Assembly (NCBI GenBank): GCA_950097015.1
Contig: CATNEN010000034.1
Span: 3,782,001 to 3,846,000 of the forward strand
Origin: Macrostomum hystrix
Lineage: Eukaryota > Animalia > Platyhelminthes
Direction of reading: 5' to 3'
DNA: 64,000 nt
In this document: piece by piece, positions 53,171 through 64,000 of the stretch
How the letters are laid out: each line of letters opens with the position of its first letter
How positions within the stretch are numbered: the stretch's first letter is position 1
Program-made: the position numbers and the translations under genes
The notes under the pieces: model-generated
The model's input: only the letters and a program-made list of their open reading frames with translations
Database searches by the model: none
What the model was told of the DNA's origin: nothing

Positions 53171-56100
53171 ATATCAGTAGTAATAGTAATAGTAGTAGTA
53201 GTAGTAGTAGTAGTAGTAATATCAGTAGTAATAGTAATAGTAGTAGTAGTAGTAGTAGTGTGTGGATAGTCTGTTAGACTGTACTGGTCCGTAAAATGAG
53301 GGTTTTGTCGGGGAGTTGAATCGGAAGGATTAAAAAAATGCGAGCTCTTTTACTCGTATGACGCATTGACTAAATTGGCTGTTAGGTCTGTATGGAGATC
53401 GATAAAAAACAGCGTTTCTTGATTATTCCAACTGAAAAGACAGGCTAGGGAGGCTTCTGAAATTATTTCTCCCATTACCATAGCCCATTTATCCCCATTG
53501 TGCTTCCAGTGGGTGGTAGATTGAGTCCATAGCAGTTTGCTTTGAGCATAGCACCCCAGAAACCAGCTGGCCCTGCAACTTGGTGGATATTCTTGCAACA
53601 ATTTTGTTTTAAAAAAACTATTTTCAAGCCGCCCTAGCTAGACGAGCTTGTTTGGTGCGAAATTAAATTCAAGTCGTCTATCAGTTTCTATTTTGGTGGC
53701 AAGATTTTATTGAAATCAGCCATAGATATGCATAAATAACAGGGCCTTGGGTTAATATGTTCAGTCTTCATCGTTGCTGCTTATAGAAAGACTTCACAAT
53801 ACTTCTTTTCCACCGGAGGAAGCGTGTGTCACTGGGGCAAAATCAATTTAGTGCTGGGATTTTGCCATTGAAATCCCTATAATCTAGCTCACCAGCTCTC
53901 CCATTTGGTCGTCGTGATTGATTTTTGCAAGTCTTTTCAGTCGCAAAAAGGCCCCAAAAATGGGAAGATTTTTATTGCCCAAAGTCAGTCCATTAGGAGC
54001 TGCTGGCAAGGGTGATGAGGCTGCTTTGCCACTCTCCTCATTGTTAAGGTTGAAGGCCTGAAAGCTCAATGACTTTTTCTAAGCTAAAAAGCAACGGATT
54101 TTGGGTCTACTTTTTGGGGCCAAATTTTTTTCTTCAAGTCCTCCAGCCTCCCAAGGCGCCAACCCCACCTCCTCCTCCGCCTCCTCCCGTCTCAAGCGCT
54201 TCCGGTGAGCCCGGGGGGCGGCGGGTCGACGCGATTTTTGGCGGGATTTGAGCTGAAAACAGTCTTTCTCCCATTCTTTACCTTCCACTTCCAGTCTCAA
54301 AACTCTGACACTTGGCAAGCTGCTGCGGCGCAAAACTATAATGAGATGCAATCTCGCAATCTCTAGCTATGTACGTAGCATTTGACTCCTAACTATTCAC
54401 CTCTTCTTTTGGATGTCAAATCTCAATGGCGTTGCTACGAGAAACGAGGCCAAACAAGTATAATAGATGAGATATTTTGGGCTGCTAACAATGAACTGGC
54501 GTTATGAAACCCTTTTCAAGTTGCGATAGCAACTGCCAAAATAGCAGTTGCAGGATGTATGCGTCAAACAGGGGATGTCACTGCGCGTCTAACAGAGGAT
54601 GTCACTGCGTGTCTAACAGGGGATGTCACAGCGTGTCTAACAGAGGATGTCACAGGGTGTCTAACAGGGGATGTCACTGCGTGTCTAACAGAGGATGTCA
54701 CTGCGTGTCTAACAGAGGATGTCACTGCGTGTCTAACAGGGGATGTCACTGCGTGTCTAACAGGGGATGTCACTGTGTGTCTAACAGAGGATGTCACTGC
54801 GTGTCTAACAGAGGATGTCACAGGGTGTCTAACAGGGGATGTCACTGCGTGTCTAACAGAGGATGTCACTGCGTGTCTAACAGAGGATGTCACTGCGTGT
54901 CTAACAGGGGATGTCACTGCGTGTCTAACAGAGGATGTCACAGCGTGTCTAACAGAGGATGTCACAGGGTGTCTAACAGAGGATGTCACTGCGTGTCTAA
55001 CAGGGGATGTCACTGCGTGTCTAACAGAGGATGTCACAGCGTGTCTAACAGAGGATGTCACAGGGTGTCTAACAGGGGATGTCACTGCGTGTCTAACAGA
55101 GGATGTCACAGGGTGTCTAACAGGGGATGTCACTGCGTGTCTAACAGAGGATGTCACTGCGTGTCTAACAGAGGATGTCACTGCGTGTCTAACAGGGGAT
55201 GTCACTGTGTGTCTAACAGAGGATGTCACTGCGTGTCTAACAGAGGATGTCACTGTGTGTCTAACAGAGGATGTCACTGTGTGTCTAACAGGGGATGTCA
55301 CTGCGTGTCTAACAGAGGATGTCACTGTGTCTAACAGGGGGAGGTCACTGCGTGTCTAACAGGGGGAGGTCACTGTGTTTTTTTATAACAGGGGGAGGTC
55401 ACTGTGTTTTTCTAACAGAGGATGTCAATGTGTGTCTAACAGGGGGAGGTCACTGCGTGTCTAACAGGGGGAGGTCACTGTGTTTTTCTAACAGAGGATG
55501 TCACTGTGTGTCCAACAGTGGATGTCACTGTGTGTCTAACAGGGGATGTCACTGTGTGTCTAACAGAGGATGTCACTGTGTGTCTAACAGAGGATGTCAC
55601 TGTGTGTCTAACAGGGGATGTCACAGGGTGTCTAACAGGGGATGTCACTGCGTGTCTAACAGAGGATGTCACTGCGTGTCTAACAGAGGATGTCACTGCG
55701 TGTCTAACAGGGGATGTCACTGTGTGTCTAACAGAGGATGTCACTGCGTGTCTAACAGAGGATGTCACTGTGTGTCTAACAGAGGATGTCACTGTGTGTC
55801 TAACAGGGGATGTCACTGCGTGTCTAACAGAGGATGTCACTGTGTGTCTAACAGAGGATGTCACTGTGTGTCTAACAGGGGAGGTCACTGCGTGTCTAAC
55901 AGAGGATGTCACTGCGTGTCTAACAGAGGATGTCACTGCGTGTCTAACAGAGGATGTCACTGCGTGTCTAACAGGGGAGGTCACTGCGTGTCTAACAGAG
56001 GAGGTCACTGCGTGTCTAACAGGGGAGGTCACTGCGTGTCTAACAGAGGATGTCACTGCGTGTCTAACAGAGGATGTCACTGCGTGTCTAACAGAGGATG

Positions 56101-59100
56101 TCACTGCGTGTCTAACAGGGGAGGTCACTGCGTGTCTAACAGAGGAGGTCACTGCGTGTCTAACAGAGGATGTCACTGCGTGTCTAACAGAGGATGTCAC
56201 TGTGTGTCTAACAGAGGATGTCACTGTGTGTCTAACAGGGGATGTCACTGCGTGTCTAACAGAGGATGTCACTGTGTGTCTAACAGAGGATGTCACTGTG
56301 TGTCTAACAGGGGAGGTCACTGCGTGTCTAACAGAGGATGTCACTGCGTGTCTAACAGAGGATGTCACTGCGTGTCTAACAGAGGATGTCACTGCGTGTC
56401 TAACAGGGGAGGTCACTGCGTGTCTAACAGAGGAGGTCACTGCGGGTCTAACAGGGGAGGTCACTGCGTGTCTAACAGAGGATGTCACTGCGTGTCTAAC
56501 AGAGGATGTCACTGCGTGTCTAACAGAGGATGTCACTGCGTGTCTAACAGGGGAGGTCACTGCGTGTCTAACAGAGGAGGTCACTGCGTGTCTAACAGGG
56601 GAGGTCACTGCGTGTCTAACAGAGGAGGTCACTGCGTGTCTAACAGAGGATGTCACTGTGTGTCTAACAGAGGATGTCACTGCGTGTCTAACAGGGGATG
56701 TCACTGCGTGTCTAACAGAGGATGTCACTGCGTGTCTAACAGGGGAGGTCACTGCGTGTCTAACAGAGGCTGTCACTGCGTGTCTAACAGAGGATGTCAC
56801 TGTGTTTTTCTAACAGAGGATGTTACTGTGTGTCTATCAGGGGGAGGTCACAGAGTGTCTAACAGGGGTAGGTCACTGTGTGTCGAACAGGGGATGTCAC
56901 TTTCAAATTTTTAAGTTGGGGTTTCAGTCTAACAGCTGTGTACCAGTGTCAAACAAGAAGTGACACTATCATTAAGGTGGCAATTTGAAAGAATCAATTT
57001 GGCTGCTGGTACCTGAGAACAACGGCTCTAATCTTTTATTAGAATATAATATAGATGAATAGTGCTTCTGTTTGCAAAGCAACTATATCTAATTCGCACA
57101 AAAAAGCTGCAAAAAAGCAACCAACAAGCGTCATAGAGACTGTGAGGCACAATCTTTTATTTAGAGCTCGTATGGCTGCAATATATTTACGGGCCATGGA
57201 TACTGTAGGAAGAGCCGAAATACTATATACAATATCATTCTTTTATTCCACTAAAAACTCGCGCCAAATTTTTTTCGTTCTCATTCTTAGCTATTTTTCT
57301 CTTATTTATTTTCTACCTATTAAAGCAGTTTTGCTTCACTCGGCCCTAGCAACAGGAGGGCCCATGCAGCTGCTCTAACCATAGCCCTTCAAACTAACTA
57401 ACCTAGAGATGGATGGGGCCGGTGAAATTGCCAGAAAAAAGGTACTTGGGCGGCCATTTTTGTGGGCGTTGCGTTGCCTATTTTCTGCGCGAAAAGAAAA
57501 ATAATGAATTTTCCAGCAAAACACAGAAAACAGCTCAACAACGCAAGAGGGAGAGAGAAGCAGAAGCGAATCTTGAGTATACTTCAATACTACGAATATA
57601 TTCATTAGTAACAACACCACGTCAACGTTCAGATGCTTCCAACGTGCAGATGCACAGTCAGGTCCTTTACATTGAGTTTTTCGTTCAAACTTCAAGTTCT
57701 TAAAGATACACTTGAATCCTTCCCTTAATGCTCAAATCTTTTTACTCTTTTCATGGATGTTTAGACTATAATTTACCTACTAAATTGTCTTCTGGCGTTT
57801 AATATTGAATTCTCCTCCGAAGGAGGAGTTCAGCCCTGCAAATAGGCACAGTGAATACCTGAGTGAGTACTAGCGTAGATGTCAAGTTGAATAACTGACT
57901 AGCTTTCGAAATAAATCGTAAATACGAGGGATGTACTCTTATTTTTACGGTTTTTTTTTAAAATATCAAACGAATAATTTCAGCGCCGTCGTCTGCATCC
58001 AAAGCCAACGACGAGGAGTCTCCGTTCGATGGTATCTGCCTAAACAAGCCGTCTCTGTTTAAAGGTGCGTCAGTAGCTAGTTCATCCGATTTGAATGAGA
58101 ACGAAATTATAAACTAAAAAAATAGACTGTAAAATTCTGTAAAACATGGTTAAATTCTCAGGCAAACTGGCCCAAACTCTGGAAGCCGCCGCTGCCGCCT
58201 CGTCAGCAGCCTCGAGTCTCATGCTGCAGGCGGCCACGATGGAGCAGTCAACGCAGCCGGCACTGCCGCAGCTTCTGACGCTGCCGCCGCAACCGCCGCC
58301 GCAGCGTCCAGAGTCCTACATTCGGCGCTACATGGGCTTCGAGAACTGCGGCGACTCCGGCTGTCGCAGTGCCGGAGTGCGCGAGCACTACCATTGCGCC
58401 GACTGCGAGCGTGCCCTGGGCCGTCGCGAGGAGATGATCAGGCACGTCAAATGGCACAAGAAGCGCGCCGAGTCGCTGGCCCTGGGCTTCCTGCGCTATT
58501 CTCCAGGCGATCAGTGCGGCAGCACCGTCTGCAGTTTCAACGGGCGCCAGACTCACTATCACTGCGCCCACCGCGGCTGCAGCAAGGTCTACGTCAGTAC
58601 ATCCGACGTGCAGATTCACGCCAATTATCACAGGAAGGATGCCGCCATAATTCGGCAGGGATTTCAAAGATTTCGCGCCACAGAGGAGTGTCCTGACGAC
58701 GGCTGTCAGTACCAGAAAGAGAGAACCACGCATTTTCACTGTCTGCGGCCCAATTGCTCATTCACCTTCAAGAACAAGACAGACATGGAGAAGCACAAGG
58801 GCCATCACATGCGCAACGACCAGTTCGCCCGGGACGGCTTTCGCAAGTACATGAAATACGAGACCTGCGAGTTTGCGGACTGCAAATTCTCCCGCCTGAT
58901 GAATCACATTCACTGCATTCGAACTGGCTGCGACTTCGTCGTGCATTCGTCCAGCCAGATCCTCTCCCACTGCCGGAAACACGACAGGCGTCTTCGCGAC
59001 GACTTGCTGACCGCAGCTGATTTCGACGCCGCCAACGGTAAAGAAATCGGCGGCGGCCGCGGCCGAGGGGTCAACAGCGAAGAGGACGACGACGAGGACG

Positions 59101-60860
59101 ACGATGATAGCCGATTCGCCATTGTGGCCGACCGAGCTACCCTGGTGGAGCTTGAGGGTCGCCGGGCGGAGATTCGCGCCAAGCTTGAGTCCACCGATCG
59201 GGATCAGCTTCTGCTGGCCCACTGCCGCCGCTTCACCGCCAACGATCCGTGCCAGTCGCGGTGCGAGCTGCTATTCAAGGACCACCAGCACTGCCTAGTG
59301 TGTCCGGCCGCCTTCAAGTCCAAGGAGCGGGCCAGAGACCACGCCCGCATGCACTTCTTGGACGCTGAATTCGCGCTGGCGTTGTTCTATCGCCACATTC
59401 CTAGCGTGGACAAAAATGGCGACGGTGGTGGTGATGCAGGTGCTGCCGCAGACTGTCCGCATTGTTCTGACGGCCGCACCGAGCACCTACACTGTCGCTA
59501 CTGCCTGGCTCGGCCAGCCGCAGCCGACGAAAGCCAAGGCGCGGAGGTTGCCGCGCCACCGCTGTCATGCCTCAATCACGTTCGCTGTCATGAAGCTGTT
59601 CAACTTCCGCCGCCGATGCCACCGATGCTGGTGTCGCTATCGGAGCAGCAACAGGAGCAGCAGCAGCAGCAGCAGCAACAACAACAACAACGGCGTCGTC
59701 CATTGACTTCATCAGCCGCTAGCCTCGAGTGGCAGCAGCGACGTCGGGGTCGTCCGCCAAAGAATGCAGCGGCCGTGGCCTACCAGAGTCTGCCGCCTCA
59801 CCTGGAGGCCAGCCCGCAGGCCCTGCTGTTCGACGACAGCTCCGTCAACCTGCTCCGTCGGGAGAACTTCCTGACAGCCGGCGATCAGTCAGTCTGCGGC
59901 TTTCGAATGATCGTTGAAGCCGCTGGCTTGGACGCCCGCTGTCCCATTTTGGGCAACGCCTGTCCGTTCTCAGATTCATTCACGACTGACCACTTTCACT
60001 GCACCCGGCTGCGCTGCAACTGGGCCTCGGACAGTTTGGCCGAAGTCAACGAGCACCGGACTGGATTTCATAGCCAGCTAGCCAGCCTGCCGCAGGGCGT
60101 CGAGTACTTCGCCGCTCGCATCGCCTGCCGCTGGCCCGGCTGTCAGCGCAGCGGCTCCGTTGGCGGACATTTTCATTGCCTGCGGCCGAGGTGTGGCTAC
60201 ACCTTTGTCCGGCCGTCCACCATTACCGCCCACCTGTCTAAGCACGAGAAAGCTAGTCCAGGCCAGCAGCAGCAGCCGCCGCCGCTGCTGCACTTTCCCA
60301 ACCAGCCGCTGATCCACACTGCTGAGTGTCCGTGCGACCGGCCGGACTGTCCGATGGCGGACCAGACGCACGCGCACTGCTCGCATCCAGACTGCGACGA
60401 AGCCTTCGCTGACGCCCAGCAGCTGCGCACTCATCGCTGCGTAGGACGCGAGGCAGCCGCAGCCGCCGGCGGCACGTCAAACGCTGCAGCCGCAGCCGCA
60501 GCCGCCGCTGCAGCCGCTATGGCAGCCGCCGCAGCCGCCTGGCCCCTGGGCCTTCTAGTCGATCATTTCGAGCGCTTCTCCGGGGCCTGCGGCTCGGCTG
60601 GGTGCCCCTTTGACTGCTCGCACGCGCACTGCAGCCTTTGCGGCGCTGAGTTCAGCTCGGCCAATCCCAAACAGCTGGCCGAGCACGCGGCCTATCATGC
60701 GGCCGCTACCGCGGCAGCTGCGGCCGCCGCCGCGGCCACTGCCAACGAGGCCGAAGATGCCGACGAAGGCAACGATAATTCCGTTGATGGTGGGGCTTCG
60801 ATTTCAGCTAATGAAAACTCTTCTTCAGCGGCGACATTCCGACTGCTCTACTCACAGTAG
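51783..60860 (+). CDS. CASZ1: Castor zinc-finger transcription factor; exons 51783-52101, (candidate 54139-54204), 57984-58064, 58162-60860
   Basis: Tandem castor-type fingers (HYHC..C...RHVKWHKK..ESL..GFLRYS...THYHC...SDVQIHANYHRKD..GFQRF...THFHC..KHKGHHMRND.FARDGFRKYMKYE). The N-terminal LMLDDICRRL resembles CASZ1 LKLNAICAKL. All introns are phase 1 and join in frame. Confidence 0.85.
52190..52490. repeat. 15-bp minisatellite (AATCGACGATTCTCA)n in a CASZ1 intron
   Basis: About 20 copies. Confidence 0.95.
53070..53260. repeat. (AGT)n microsatellite
   Basis: Direct reading of the sequence. Confidence 0.97.
54555..56900. repeat. 24-bp minisatellite (GTGTCTAACAGAGGATGTCACTGC)n in a CASZ1 intron
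   Basis: About 95 copies in two blocks separated by a degenerate seam at about 55320-55500. Confidence 0.97.
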
Positions 60861-61284
60861 AGTGAAATGAGTTTTGTTTAAAAAATTAATAATTTCATAC
60901 TCTGATGCACATTGAAAGTAATTTTACCTGACAGTTGACAAGTGTTATTGACTGAAGTAATTTTATCCAAACTTCAAATCTTTTCTCTCACCTATCTATT
61001 CTTAGTTTTCATTTCTATAGTAATCAACTAAACCACGAGAATGAAATTGACGGACCTGTGCCTTGTTGATATTTATCATTTATAACTTATCGAAAACATC
61101 TATTATGAATGTAGTGCTAATTTGATGATGTAATTGAGTATCCACGTATTACACTTGTTATTTAAGAATTCATTTAACTGGCGACTTGTTAACAAGCAAA
61201 CTATTAACAGATAAGGTGAAAATTTATTTTTATCGGACGTTAATTCCAAGGAAATCATTGATAATACATTATAATGGAATGTAT

Positions 61285-62300
61285 GGGTGTAAAATGCATG
61301 GATCATGGAATGGAATGCATTGCTCATGGAATGGGATGCATGGATCATGGAATGGAATGCAGTGATCATGGAATGGAATTCATGGATCATGGAATGAAAT
61401 GCAGTGATCATGGAATGGAATGCAGTGATCATGGAATGGAATTCATGGATCATGGAATGAAATGCAGTGATCATGGAATGGAATGCAGTAATCATGTAAT
61501 GGAATGCAGTGATCATGGAATGGAATTCATGGATCATAGAATGAAATGCAGTGATCATGGAATGGAATTCATGGATCATGGAATGGAATGCAGTGATCAT
61601 GGAATGGAATGCAGTGATCATGGAATGGAATGCACTGATCATGGAATGGAATGCAGTGATCATGGAATGGAATTCATGGATCGTGGAATGGAATGCAGTG
61701 ATCATGGAATGGAATTCATGGATCATGGAATGGAATGCACTGATCATGGAATGGAATGCACTGATCATGGAATGGAATGCACTGATCATGGAATGGAATG
61801 CAGTGATCATGTAATGGAATTCATGGATCGTGGAATGGAATGCAGTGATCATGGAATGGAATTCATGGATCATGGAATGGAATGCACTGATCATGGAATG
61901 GAATGCACTGATCATGGAATGGAATGCAGTGATCATGTAATGGAATGCACTGATCATGGAATGGAATTCATGGATCATGGAATGGAATGCACTGATCATG
62001 GAATGGAATGCACTGATCATGGAATGGAATGCACTGATCATGGAATGGAATGCACTGATCATGTAGTGGAATGCACTGTTCATGGAATGGAATGCAGTGA
62101 TCATGGAGTGGAATGCACTGTTCATGGAATGGAATGCAGTGATCATGGAGTGGAATGCACTGTTCATGGAATGGAATGCACTGATCATGGAGTGGAATGC
62201 ACTGTTCATGGAATGGAATGCACTGATCATGGAGTGGAATGCACTGTTCATGGAATGGAATTCATGGATCATGGAATGGAATGCACTGTTCATGGAATGG
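61285..62300. repeat. 21-bp GGAAT-based minisatellite (TGATCATGGAATGGAATGCAC)n
   Basis: About 48 copies between CASZ1 and the FAM78-like gene. Confidence 0.95.
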
Positions 62301-62525
62301 GTCTGGTTTAATGTAGATTTAACGCCGCTTAAGTCCAAAAAATCAAAAAACTCAACAAGCTCTTTGAAAGAGATCTATGGAAGTATCGTCTATGGCAAAA
62401 AAGTAATACAAATCTAGAAAAATGCACATAATCGATTCTGGAAGAGCAATATTTCAGAAGACGAATATTTTAATGATCGAAAATTCTACAGATTTACGAG
62501 TAATCTATTTGGTTCTACAGTGCTC

Positions 62526-63720
62526 ATGGAGGACCTCGGGTCTTTTCAAGGAAACGATTCTGAAAAGTCCTCCAGCAGCAACTCGATGTCGCGATTGAGC
62601 CAGATGTCAATTAGCAAGGATACGCACTGGCGTCGAGCTAGTGTCCGTTCCGCGATGTCATCGACTTCTCGGCCGGGCTCAATTTGCGACGGGTACAGTA
62701 CGGGCAGCGAGTTCACTAATTGGACTACCGACCAACCAAGGCTTCGAGAATTCGGACTGGATTGCCTAGCACTGAGGAGTGTTAACTTCGGCTTCAAGCA
62801 GCACACCTGGCTACAGTCTGTAGAGGAGGTTGGTGGCCTGGTTCGATTTCACAGTCAGCCGTTTGTCTGCGAGATTCTGCTGCAGCTTGACAAGTAAGAT
62901 GGGTCAGGGGTGGATGGGTCAGGGGTAGATGGGTCAGGGGTGGATGTGTCAGGGGTGAATGGGTCAGGGGTGGATGGGTCACGGGTGGATAGGTCAGGGG
63001 TGGATGGGTCAGGGGTGGATGGGTCAGGGTGGATGGGTCAGGGGTGGATGTGTCAGGGGTGGATGGTTCAGGGGTGGATGGGTCAGGGGTGGATGGGTCA
63101 CGGGTGGATAGGTCAGGGGTGGATGGGTCAGGGGTGGATGTGTCAGGGGTGGATGGTTCAGGGGTGGATGGGTCAGGGGTGGATGAGTCAGGGGTGGATG
63201 GGTCAGGGGTGGATGGGTCAGGGGTGGATGGGTCAGGGGTGGATGAGTCAGGGGTGGATCGGTCAGGGGTGGATGGGTCAGGGGTGGATGGGTCAGGGGT
63301 GGATGGGTCAGGGGTGGATGAGTCAGGGGTGGATCGGTCAGGGGTGGATGGGTCAGAGATCGATTGCTCAGAAATTGTTGGGTTGTACTGATTTGGAGGG
63401 CTTATGGGGCTAATCCGGAATGCTCGAATTAAGCCAAAATCATATGCTGTAGGAGTTTAGCCACAGCTGATTGGACTCTGGGCCTAGTTCAGGGCTGCAG
63501 CCAATCCAGCTTCGTCGCCCAGTTCGAGGAGGCCTGCACCCTGGAGTCGTTCTCCCAGCCGCTGGCCGCTGGAACATTTCGCATGCTTAACGACAGCGAC
63601 GGCATCCAGTTCCCGTTTGCAACCCACACCAACTCGCTGCTTGAGGTGGACAAGAACACGGTGGTTGCTGACCAATGCCAGCTCCTGTCCTACAACTGCG
63701 TGTTCGCCCCGTACACTCAG
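62526..63720 (+). CDS. FAM78-family-like protein, first two coding exons (62526-62893, 63453-63720); continues beyond the window
   Basis: The phase-2 join gives VRFHSQPFVCEILLQLDKSLATADWTLGLVQGCSQSSFVAQF...RMLNDSDGIQFPF, resembling FAM78 (LRY.TP.F.AS..V...WVVGWIQAC..MEF...AISDSDG..YPW). Match recalled, not computed. Confidence 0.6.
62898..63355. repeat. 15-bp G-rich minisatellite (GGGTGGATGGGTCAG)n, intronic
   Basis: About 30 copies starting right after the GTAAGA donor. Confidence 0.95.
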
Positions 63721-63834
63721 GTGGACTTTTGAAGCTAGTTTGGCTTTAAGTACATATTTTGGTGCTAATATAGACGAGATTAGAGATTTAAGAATAATTT
63801 TGGACTATCGGCATACGTTTAGGAGAAATATGAA

Positions 63835-64000
63835 GACATTTTGTAGCAATGGGAAGAAATTTAGAAGAAATTAGGAGAAATTGGATGAAATTGGAAGAAA
63901 TGGGAAGAATTTAGGAAAAATGGGAAGAATTTAGGAGAAATGGGAAGAATTTAGGAGAAATGGGAAGAATTTAGGAGAAATGGGAAGAATTTAGGAGAAA
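63835..64000. repeat. 20-bp purine-rich minisatellite (GAAATGGGAAGAATTTAGGA)n, intronic
   Basis: Runs off the window end. Confidence 0.9.

Noticed and set aside
54504-56914. Cys/His-rich SNRGCHCV and ACLTEDVT repeat proteins (up to 531 aa)
   Set aside because: 24-bp intronic minisatellite open on both strands in several frames; no unique domain.
61103-62417. Metallothionein-like MECSDHG repeat protein
   Set aside because: A 21-bp GGAAT satellite gives ORFs in multiple frames and both strands; no independent coding signal.
62910-63413. Gly-rich GWMGQ / DGSGV repeat proteins
   Set aside because: 15-bp repeat inside the intron of the FAM78-like gene.

Overview
Eukaryotic (metazoan) genomic DNA under the standard code. 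It has GC-rich exons full of poly-Ala/Gln runs, short AT-rich GT-AG introns, and introns inflated by many unrelated minisatellites. The style is most like the free-living flatworm Macrostomum (inference, not searched). Genes reconstructed by hand with phase-consistent splice sites: FUT8 (-, runs off the window start); AP-1 sigma (+); a minus-strand run delta-tubulin > NVL > TOM7 > MED20; a plus-strand run GMDS > AIFM1 > CDK12/13; a Crypton-type tyrosine recombinase flanked by a 105-bp palindrome and two orphan ORFs; castor/CASZ1 (+); and a FAM78-like gene (+, runs off the end). Mobile DNA includes tRNA-derived SINEs, Mutator-like MITEs with 9-bp TSDs, mariner relics, and a four-copy dispersed repeat with conserved stems and a candidate pseudoknot. 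Best leads: (1) MED20 has no ATG of its own and its 3' splice site sits exactly before the Gly2 codon, as expected if the flatworm spliced-leader AUG supplies the start; (2) operon-like gene runs; (3) the recombinase/palindrome/orphan-ORF unit; (4) the structured dispersed repeat; (5) a degenerate D1 ATPase ring in NVL. Many long ORFs in the supplied track are tandem-repeat artefacts. All coordinates were read by eye. Exon boundaries should be close to exact; repeat and TE edges are approximate.
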